Shown here piece after piece: positions 19,066 to 27,310 of a DNA stretch of 64,000 nucleotides (positions are counted from its first letter, which is position 1; each line of letters begins with the position of its first letter). Below the pieces are notes generated by a model, which did no database searches, had not been told where the DNA came from, and saw only the letters and a list, made by a program, of their open reading frames with translations. The translations under genes and the position numbers were made by a program. The stretch is taken from NCBI GenBank assembly GCA_963768055.1, contig CAVYGN010000002.1, positions 320,001 to 384,000 on the forward strand. The letters are read 5' to 3'. Origin of the DNA: an uncultured Spirochaetota bacterium (GTDB lineage Bacteria; Spirochaetota; Brevinematia; Brevinematales; JAOACQ01).

Positions 19066-19160
19066 TTTAATCTTTTCCTCCTTTTTATATTTCATTGTAG
19101 CATAATTTGGATGAAATTAAAAAGCAAAGATGATGTTAGGTAGTCAAGTATGTAATTCCC

Positions 19161-19979
19161 AAAATAATCATCAATAGTTAATCCTGCATTTGGATTAGTA
19201 TAAATATAATGTTGTTCAACAAATTTTCTAAACTCATATTGATTTTTTGAAGCTAATAAAAATCTTTCACTATTTTTTCTTCCACCTTGGCAACTTACCC
19301 ATACTTCATCAGGTTTATTCTCTGCTGGTTCGGCTACAACACTAGTAATATCCCAATAAGAAACAATAGCATAGAAGCAATGAATTGCTGCCATAGGCTC
19401 TTCAAAATACTCTTTAAGCATTTCAATTTTATTTATAAAATTTTGAGGATCGATTTGTAGTCTAGTTGAATCTAAGTTCTTCAAATGTTCAACAAATTCT
19501 TCTAATTTACGGTCAATAAATAGTGAATGAATTTCATCTTTGTTAATAACTAATATTGCATAATCAAGCAATTCTTTCTTTTCAGTACTTTTTAATTTAT
19601 TTGAATTAATATGGCCGATTTCACTTGGTGATTTATTCGGATCAGAATTTGTTACAATTTCAAAAATATAATTAGGTAAATTAGATATTTTCCATAAACC
19701 AATAAAATTATGAGAAATTATACAAATACTGGAAAATGTTAGTCCTTTTTTATTGTAATGATATGCTTGAAAAAATCCTGATAGCCAATCATCTTCTTTA
19801 GTTTTTAATTCAACAATTAAACGTCCTTTTATATAAATATCGGCACCATGTGCTTCTGATTCTTTTAGAAAATCTTTTGAACTGAATATATTTTTAAACA
19901 AAGGAAATATAAGATAATCATCAGCTTTTTCAGAATGAGAACTTGTTAAATATTTGTATAATTGTTTAAGCTCTTTCAT
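19161..19979 (-). pseudogene. Type IIG-like R-M gene, 5' segment (PD-(D/E)xK-like nuclease)
   Basis: ADIYIKGRLIVELKT...QAYHY nuclease-like motif; rejoins in frame (...TIDDYF|SRFDEVI...). Confidence 0.8.
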
Positions 19980-20081
19980 ACAAATGCCACCTGAATATCC
20001 TGCCAAGATAGTAAATTATCTAATCCCATCAATAATTATAACAGATTTATTTGTTTTATAAAAGAGTCATTTTGAAGCTCT

Positions 20082-20821
20082 TTATAAAATTGGTATCAAT
20101 CTTAGCTTTTTTGATCCAAAAAGTTTCACCCGGAATACCCTGCAGGTTTCCGCCGGATTGGGCGACAGTTTTGAACCAGAAACCAGGCAGGTTAAAGCAT
20201 AAACGAATAACAGATAAGAGATGTTTTTGGTGGCTAAAAAAACAATAATATTAATAAATAACCCCCATATTATCCCTGAAGAAAATCGTACTATTCCTTC
20301 ACAAAAAATAATCTCTTCATGAAGCCATTCGGATTTTTCACATACATGCGTTTTACATATATTAATAAATTCATTGTGTTCCATCCTCTCTGGATTTCCG
20401 CTAAATTGTTTATTCATAATTTTGTTATAAAATTCTGTAAATAATTTTGGATGAATTGAATTTTCTTTAAGAAACCATTTAACGTATGGAAACTTCTCTA
20501 TATGTAATTTTATACTATCATTTTTACCAAAACCAAATATTTTTTTAAATTTATTAATAAGACAATATGAATAGCCTGAAAATTTATCAATGATATTTGG
20601 GTTTATTGACCGTAATGAAAATCCAATAATATATGAAAGAATAATAAAAAGAAAATAATAGGAAATATTATAATTTGATTTATCAATAAAACTACCTAAA
20701 CCAAAAATATCAAAAATTTTGTTCCAATAAGATAAAAATTAAATAATAAAAATGCTCCAGGTATTAAAATTCCAAAAAAATCACCTCTTCCAAACTTAAA
20801 AACTTCAGCATATCTACTTAT
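20082..20821 (-). pseudogene. frameshifted multi-TM membrane protein
   Basis: RGDFFGILIPGAFLL segment, frameshift near 20715, further TM segments continuing into the 20082-20417 ORF; no clean ATG. Confidence 0.45.
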
Positions 20822-20845
20822 ACCCCTTTCTACTTCTTTTAAATA

Positions 20846-20967
20846 TCATAATTTCAATTCCTCTATTTTATATATTTTATCAAAAAATTCTTTTCTAATT
20901 TCGCCACTATTTAAATCATTTTTTATTCGTTTAATATAATCATTAAAATTAGGATTAATCTTTGCCA
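20846..20967 (-). pseudogene. 3' tail of the HTH/COG2958-like gene split by IS3 copy 2
   Basis: Joins in frame: ...LETINK|MAKINPNFNDYIKRIKNDLNSGEIRKEFFDKIYKIEELKL*. Confidence 0.8.
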
Positions 20968-21018
20968 TCTTCCCCGTGTGTTAGGATAGTTGTCGCCTAA
21001 AATATTAGGAGACAAAAA

Positions 21019-21501
21019 ATGAATAGTCAAATTCGTTCAGAGGAATTCAGGAAATCTATCGTTCAAAAGATGTGTATGCCAGGAGGAAAAACAGTATCTG
21101 AACTGAGCCAGGAAATAGGAGTATGTGAACAAACCCTTTACAACTGGAGGAAAATGATCCAGAATAATGTATCCAGAGGATTCCAGGATAGAAGCCCGAG
21201 AGGCTGGAAATTATCTGATAAATATCAGGCGGTAGTAGACGCAGCAAGCCAATCGGGAGAAGAGTTAGGACAGTGGTTGAGAAAAAATGGTCTCCAGTCG
21301 ACTCATATCGAACTCTGGAAACAGGAGTGTTTATCAGTGATATCTAATAACTCATACAGAGAAGAAAACAAGGGTTTGAAAGCAAAAATCATAGAGTTAG
21401 AAAAAGAAATTAACCGTAAGGATAAAACTATAGCCGAGGTTACTTCTCTGCTGGTGCTTAAAAAAAAACTGAACAAGCTGTTCGGGATCGAGGAAGATTA
21501 A
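21019..21501 (+). CDS. IS3-family transposase OrfA
   Basis: Same translation as 12381-12863; A9 at 21460-21468 opens the -1 frame into OrfB. Confidence 0.9.
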   Translation: MNSQIRSEEFRKSIVQKMCMPGGKTVSELSQEIGVCEQTLYNWRKMIQNNVSRGFQDRSPRGWKLSDKYQAVVDAASQSGEELGQWLRKNGLQSTHIELWKQECLSVISNNSYREENKGLKAKIIELEKEINRKDKTIAEVTSLLVLKKKLNKLFGIEED

Positions 21502-21506
21502 CTCCA

Positions 21507-22535
21507 TTGGATATACGCATAGATATCTGTGCCTTGATTAATGAGGCTGTTACGACAGGGGCCAGCAGGGATAAGGCTTGTGAAGAATCTGGCTATGATA
21601 TAAGGACCATACAGCGCTGGAATAAAAATCTTGAGGGAGACAGAAGAAAATTGAGAAATGTAATGCCTTCAAATGCCCTGTCGGCCGAAGAAAGGGAGGA
21701 GATCATCTCCTGCTGTTGCAGCGAGAGATTTAGAGATATGACGCCGAATGAAATAGTGCCCATGCTGGCAGAGGAAGGTCGGTATATAGCATCAGAATCA
21801 TCTTTTTACCGCGTTTTAAAGGACAATGATTTGCTGCACCATAGATACGAAACGAAGCCGAAAACGGCAAGGAAAACGCCAAGAGAACTGGAAGCGACGG
21901 GTCCTAATCAGGTATGGAGTTGGGATATTACATATATATCCAGTCATATAAAAGGTAAGTATTTCTACCTCTATATGATCGAAGATGTCTGGAGCCGTAA
22001 GATAGTCGGCTGGAAAATGCACGAGGAGGAAAGCTCTGATCATGCCGCAAGAATGGTGGCAGAGATCGGAGAAACCATTGATTTGAAAGGCTTGTATTTA
22101 CATTCTGATAATGGTTCTCCTATGAAAGGGGCTACGATGTTAGCGACCTTGCAGAGGTTACAGGTTATGCCGTCGTTTTCAAGGCCGAGTGTAAGTAACG
22201 ATAACCCTTACTCAGAATCATTGTTTAAAACATTGAAATATAATGTGAAATACCCAGGCAATTTCGAGACAATGGAATCGGTAGAAATATGGATGCAAAA
22301 TTTTGTAGACTGGTATAATAATAAACATCTTCATTCAGGGATCGGATATGTCACACCAGCACAGAGACATGAAGGTAAAGATAAGGCGATACTCCTGAAG
22401 AGAGCGGAAACTTATGCGGCTGCAAAAAGCAGACATCCTGAAAGATGGTCAGGAGAATCTAAAAAATGGGAACGGATAGAATCGGTATTTTTAAACCCGA
22501 GTAAGACTAACAAGGAATCGTTGGTTGCGGCGTAA
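21507..22535 (+). CDS. IS3-family transposase OrfB
   Basis: Same translation as 11347-12375; DDE motifs. Confidence 0.95.
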   Translation: MDIRIDICALINEAVTTGASRDKACEESGYDIRTIQRWNKNLEGDRRKLRNVMPSNALSAEEREEIISCCCSERFRDMTPNEIVPMLAEEGRYIASESSFYRVLKDNDLLHHRYETKPKTARKTPRELEATGPNQVWSWDITYISSHIKGKYFYLYMIEDVWSRKIVGWKMHEEESSDHAARMVAEIGETIDLKGLYLHSDNGSPMKGATMLATLQRLQVMPSFSRPSVSNDNPYSESLFKTLKYNVKYPGNFETMESVEIWMQNFVDWYNNKHLHSGIGYVTPAQRHEGKDKAILLKRAETYAAAKSRHPERWSGESKKWERIESVFLNPSKTNKESLVAA

Positions 22536-22567
22536 AATAAAAGCGACAACTCCCTTGACAAAAACCG

Positions 22568-23333
22568 TCTTGTTAATAGTTTCAAGGTCAATAACTTCTT
22601 TGAATTTCGCTTGAAATATTGTTTTAGTAGAATTTGGATCTTCCAAATCAAGTTTTATTATACCTATTCCAAATGATGATGAGAGTCTTTCAAGTTCATT
22701 TGTAAAATTTTCATCATCAAGTATATCAGCAGCAACCAGATAACCTTCATTTGCCCATGAAGAATTAGATACTGCTTGAAAAAATGATTCCCTAAGATTA
22801 TTAAAATTCAAAGATATTTTTAATTCATACGAATATAACTTTATGGGCGAAATATTTAATTCTTTAGTTAAATTTATTACTTCTGGTAACCAATTGGGGT
22901 AATAAACGCCAACAATATCAGGATGTGCCCATTGACCAAATGTTTTTTTAGTTGATTCTTCGTGATAAATTGTTTTTGTATAAATATCTTGAAAGGCATA
23001 AACATAATAAGAGAGAAATTTATGTAAATCTTTTTCTTTAAGTTTTTTAATTTCATCTGATTCTTCTATTTTTATTTCTTTTGATTTTATTTGGTTAGAT
23101 AAAGATTTTAGATAAAATTTTGTTGGCCGTTCTTCTGCCTTGTAAAATTTAGAATTCTTATTATCTTTCAGGTCTAAATATAACAAAGCTGCCATTGTCT
23201 GCCATGGAGTTTTTCCTGATGAATTTAATTGTTTATCATAATTCATTTCTTTACCAATTTTCCAAATTTCCATTTTTGTTAATGGCCTTTTTGTGTCATT
23301 AAGAACTTTCTCGGCAAAATCAAGAAAATTCAT
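22568..23333 (-). pseudogene. HARE-HTH + restriction-endonuclease-like (COG2958/HrgA-like) gene, 5' part
   Basis: GKTPWQTMAALLYLD HARE-HTH motif; HPDIVG...SYELK...FFQAVSNSSWANEGYLVA. Confidence 0.85.
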
Positions 23334-23611
23334 ATTACCTTCTATTTAACATTATTTATCCCAAGTATAGTTAAAATGCCATACATATAAAGAATTTTTG
23401 TCTTATAAAATGTTCTATCTAAAATTAATAATCGTACTTCTTCATTATTGTACAACTCTAATTAATGTAATTATACCCCCGCTTTTAAATTCTCTCAATA
23501 GATTGCCAATAATTCTGTGGAATTGATATGTTTGATAGGAAAAAAATTATATAAATTAATCTACCCCTCGCGCAATCTGTACCCATCTGTGAAATCAGTG
23601 TTTCCGTCCCC

Positions 23612-26386
23612 CTAAAACGGTAGATTCACCCCGCCCGAGATATAGAACTCGTTCGTCGTTATATTGTACGCCGCTTCGGCGTAGTAGTCGAACTGCAGGG
23701 CGTTTAATATTCCGACGGGCAGGGCCAGTTTGAGGTCGAGGCGGGTGTATACGGACTGCAGGTAGTTTTGGGCGAGATACGCCCTGTATCCGGCGGTCAT
23801 ATAAAGACGGTTGAAGTACAGGGGGAACCATCCGTTCTGGAGCTCGGCGTTGAATATGAGTTTTGAAAATTCCCCCTCGAAATAATAAACCGAGGTGAAA
23901 GTCTCGGACGAAAATTCCATGTAGGCCGGATAATGGTCCCCGCCGAAATACGGGTCGGAAGCCGATGCGGAAAGCGCCGCTTCCGGGCAGTATGCGCCGT
24001 AAAGGTTGATGACGGAATATATGAAAGGCAGGGCGAAATTTAGCGCCCCCTCTGCTTTATAAAGGCTGTAGGCGAGCGAGTAATCTATGTAGCCTGTAAA
24101 GCTCATTCCCCGCTGTCCGTAGAGCAGGTCGGTGTAAAGGAGGGTGGAAAAGCCCGCGTACCCGGATAGAATGACAGAGGAATAATTATATGGCCAGTCG
24201 TAGGGCGTAACGCCGGTCCCCGGATCGTCGGCCTCCGCGTATAACCTGGCGCCGGCGCCGAAATAGAGATTGTTGTTGACCGGAAGCAGGGCGATCGAAT
24301 AATCCAGGTTTACGGAAGCGCTGGTTTGCCTGTCGTATGAATAATTCTGCCAGTTGAATGCCATATCGTCCGCCGCGGTCAGGTAAAACCCCGCCGGGAA
24401 AGCGCTCATATTGCTCCATTCGCCCGAGAGGTTGGCGAATTTCTCTATGTAGTTGTATCCTATTTCGAATAATGCTATGTTTTCATCTATAGGGTCCGAG
24501 ACTTCGGATATTACGCCTATGCTGTCGACGGTGAAATACTTCCCTCCCGGGGAGGATACAGACGTCGGAAGGACCAGCCAGCACTGGAATGGGGAAAGGT
24601 AATTGAACGGTGAGTAATTTTCCTGTTTAAAACCGTTATTGCTCAGGAGGACATTTGAATCGGTTCCTGTATCGGCACCGGACTGCGTCCAGGCCCGGAA
24701 TTTTTCCATGCTTGCCGTAATGTTCGTCCCCCTTATATCGGTGATCTTATCGGGATATTTCATGAGCTTGTCGCCCTTCGAAAATTTCCCGGTATAATAG
24801 ACCGCATCGCCGTCCGAAACCGGGTAGAAAACGCCGCCCCCAAAGTTGTTGGTCTGGAGCGTCAGCTTATTCCCTTCGAGCACTCCCAGCCTGTAGAATT
24901 CATGGGCGGTGTTGTAGCAGAATAAAAGGCGTCCTCCCTCCGAGGACAGTCCGCGGATATAATCCGCGCCTCCGGCCCCTTCCGGCAGTTTCATCGTAAA
25001 AAGTTCGCCTGTCTTTTTATTATAGACCATTAATTTCCTGGGGCCGTTATCTGTCATAATGAAGGCGATCCTCGCGTCGTCCATCGCGACGGGCGCGGAA
25101 AGGACGGATGTATCGTTCCCGTCAAAAAGCGTTTCTTCCCTGTCGCCCTCAAGGTATACGAGGGAATTTCTATGGGTGTCGGCTTTCAATGCTATTATCC
25201 CCTTCCCGAAAAAGCGGGCGCCATAGATCCCGTCGATGTATTTATCGAGGAACTTCTTCTGAGTCAGGTCGTAAAATAAGACCCTTCTGCCGTAAAAACT
25301 TTCCTGATATGTATATAAACTTACAAGCATATACCGGCCGTCGGGGGAAATATCAAGACAATCGACCCCGTCGGAGTTGTCGATCACCGTCTCGTAATTT
25401 TTCCCGGCGGCGGAGTAGGCCATTACACTGTATTTGAACGAATCTATAAAATAAATTTTACCCTGCGAATACACGGGCGAACTTATCGAATAATAATCTC
25501 TGGACAGACAGTCCGGATTATCGGAGACGTTCGTTATTGTAAGCGAATTTTTAAAGTCGGCCCATAATTTTTTCAGCGGGAGGCCGAACGCCGCTTCGAA
25601 AAAGTAGCTGTAAAACCAGTAGTCGTATTCCGACTGGGTTATATTAGTCCCCATGTTCCCGAGGTTGGCCATGGAGTGCCAGTACTGTTTATACTTTTCC
25701 ATCCCGAACCTGTCCTCAAGGTACTTGTTGAAAAGTCCTCCGTAATAGTAGTAGGAATAGGAATTCGGGTAGATGTCGCGGCTCCCGGACGCCTGGAGGG
25801 TGGACAGGAATTCGTTTTCATATATGTCTTCCCTCAGTAATTCCTGGACTATGGGGTCGTTGGCCCTGCCGGAACCGGAGAGGCTTTCGAAACTGACCGC
25901 CGAACCCTCAACCATGTATTCGGGTTCGAACGCCAGGGCGAACGCGAAAGGGGCGCCGAAAATGCCGTAAAAAAATTCGCAGAAGGGGCTCTTCAAATCC
26001 ATCGTCACGGCATGGGTCAATTCATGCATGAAAACATATTTCAGGGTGTCGGATAGGAAAGCTTCCTCCCCGTCGGGCGGGGAATCGTAAAGGACGATGT
26101 GGATGTAGGGCAGCGGGGACGTGTAGCCGTTAAAATATCCGATGTCCGGTGTGATGACTACCGGTATCCTCCTGCTGTTGGTGTAGCTTAAAAGGGTAGT
26201 GACCTTGTCGAAGATCCCGTCCGCCATGCCGGCCAGCCGCATTGCGGACTTCACGGAGCCCTTCGAATAGATTATATCGAAATGTTTTGTTTTTATAGTG
26301 TAAAGGGTCTGCCCGGATTTAAAGGTAGCGCCATGGACGCCGCTGAAAAATACAGTTGCACTCAGTATTATTAACAGCGCTCTCAT
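23612..26386 (-). CDS. exported protein: gluzincin-like HExxH domain + beta-propeller + probable C-terminal beta-barrel
   Basis: Signal peptide, HELTH...EGSA, ISPDGRY propeller blades, alternating aromatic strands ending in F. Confidence 0.7.
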   Translation of the reverse strand: MRALLIILSATVFFSGVHGATFKSGQTLYTIKTKHFDIIYSKGSVKSAMRLAGMADGIFDKVTTLLSYTNSRRIPVVITPDIGYFNGYTSPLPYIHIVLYDSPPDGEEAFLSDTLKYVFMHELTHAVTMDLKSPFCEFFYGIFGAPFAFALAFEPEYMVEGSAVSFESLSGSGRANDPIVQELLREDIYENEFLSTLQASGSRDIYPNSYSYYYYGGLFNKYLEDRFGMEKYKQYWHSMANLGNMGTNITQSEYDYWFYSYFFEAAFGLPLKKLWADFKNSLTITNVSDNPDCLSRDYYSISSPVYSQGKIYFIDSFKYSVMAYSAAGKNYETVIDNSDGVDCLDISPDGRYMLVSLYTYQESFYGRRVLFYDLTQKKFLDKYIDGIYGARFFGKGIIALKADTHRNSLVYLEGDREETLFDGNDTSVLSAPVAMDDARIAFIMTDNGPRKLMVYNKKTGELFTMKLPEGAGGADYIRGLSSEGGRLLFCYNTAHEFYRLGVLEGNKLTLQTNNFGGGVFYPVSDGDAVYYTGKFSKGDKLMKYPDKITDIRGTNITASMEKFRAWTQSGADTGTDSNVLLSNNGFKQENYSPFNYLSPFQCWLVLPTSVSSPGGKYFTVDSIGVISEVSDPIDENIALFEIGYNYIEKFANLSGEWSNMSAFPAGFYLTAADDMAFNWQNYSYDRQTSASVNLDYSIALLPVNNNLYFGAGARLYAEADDPGTGVTPYDWPYNYSSVILSGYAGFSTLLYTDLLYGQRGMSFTGYIDYSLAYSLYKAEGALNFALPFIYSVINLYGAYCPEAALSASASDPYFGGDHYPAYMEFSSETFTSVYYFEGEFSKLIFNAELQNGWFPLYFNRLYMTAGYRAYLAQNYLQSVYTRLDLKLALPVGILNALQFDYYAEAAYNITTNEFYISGGVNLPF

Positions 26387-26389
26387 AAA

Positions 26390-27310
26390 TCACCCGTTTC
26401 TTAATTTTTCCAGCAGGTCCTGCATCTCGCCCGGGAGGTCGATCTCGAAATTCATCTCCCTTCCGTCGCCGGGGTGCCTGAATTTGAGCTTTTTCGCGCA
26501 GAGGGCGAGGCCTGTCAGGCCGTACCTGCCCGGGGACGAGGAATAAAGCCTGTCTCCCGCCACGGGATGCCCAATGTGGGCCAGATGCACCCTGATCTGA
26601 TGGGTCCTTCCCGTAAGGAGATTTACCTCTAAATAACTATGGCCTTTAAGGTTTTCAAGTAACGTGTACTCGGTAATTGAAGGTTTCCCGCTAGACGTTA
26701 CCCCCATAATCTTCCTGTTCTTTTTCGACCTTCCTATAGGGGTTTCGATCCTGCCGCCGGACATAAGCTCCCCCTTCACTATCGCATGGTAGATCTTGGT
26801 GATATTTCTCATTTTAAAGTCATCTGTCAGGCGCCGGTGAGCCTTTTCATTCAATGCGACTATCATGAGACCCGCCGTGTCTTTATCGAGGCGGTGGACG
26901 ATCCCCGGACGTTCTGGAACGCCTCCGTCGGGCAGGCTGCTGCCCAGATAATAGAGCAGTCCGTTTACAAGCGTTCCGTCCTCATGGCCCCTTGCGGGAT
27001 GTACGGTCAGTCCGAACGGCTTGTTTATCACGGCGATATCATCGTCCCTGTAAACGATATCGAAATCCACTTTTTGAGGCAGGGCCTTTATTTCTATCGG
27101 AGGGGTCAGGACGAATTCAACCAGGTCCCCCTCCCTGACCCTGCAGGCGAGCTTCTCGATTTTCCCGTTTACAAGGACGGGTACGTCCCTGGATTTCAGG
27201 GAACTCCTGCTGAAATCTATCGACTCCGATAAACAGTATTCGGTTATCGCCACGTCGAGCCTTTTGCCCTGCTGTTCTCCCTTTATTCTAAACGAGTAGC
27301 TGCCGCCCAT
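26390..27310 (-). CDS. rluD: RluA/RluD-family pseudouridine synthase
   Basis: S4-like N-terminus, NKP, HRLDKDT, TGRTHQIRVH. Confidence 0.9.
   Translation of the reverse strand: MGGSYSFRIKGEQQGKRLDVAITEYCLSESIDFSRSSLKSRDVPVLVNGKIEKLACRVREGDLVEFVLTPPIEIKALPQKVDFDIVYRDDDIAVINKPFGLTVHPARGHEDGTLVNGLLYYLGSSLPDGGVPERPGIVHRLDKDTAGLMIVALNEKAHRRLTDDFKMRNITKIYHAIVKGELMSGGRIETPIGRSKKNRKIMGVTSSGKPSITEYTLLENLKGHSYLEVNLLTGRTHQIRVHLAHIGHPVAGDRLYSSSPGRYGLTGLALCAKKLKFRHPGDGREMNFEIDLPGEMQDLLEKLRNG

Larger units (their letters stand above)
14126..19160 (+). mobile_element. IS1595-family cargo transposon (5035 bp) with passenger gene pairs
   Basis: Perfect 25-bp TIRs GGGAATTACATACTTGACTACCTAA (14126-14150, 19136-19160); 8-bp TSD AAAATAAT (14118-14125, 19161-19168); removal restores the host reading frame. 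Confidence 0.95.
20972..22567 (+). mobile_element. IS3-family insertion sequence, copy 2 (1596 bp), 4-bp TSD TCTT
   Basis: TCTT at 20968-20971 and 22568-22571; inverted relative to copy 1. Confidence 0.95.

Noticed and set aside
14126..19160. Integron or CRISPR array interpretation of the internal repeats
   Set aside because: No integrase or cas gene, no attC R''/R' (RYYYAAC...GTTRRRY) structure, and the repeats are not regularly spaced and contain promoters and RBSs.
19092..19160. C-terminal GNYILDYLTSSLLFNFIQIMLQ of the 304-aa ORF, and similar tails on 12882-14024 and 22491-23333
   Set aside because: These are read-through into mobile-element ends, not native protein sequence.
11315..22567. 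Composite transposon or past inversion bounded by the two inverted IS3 copies
   Set aside because: Each copy has its own TSD and each interrupted gene rejoins locally in frame, so these are independent insertions with no rearrangement.
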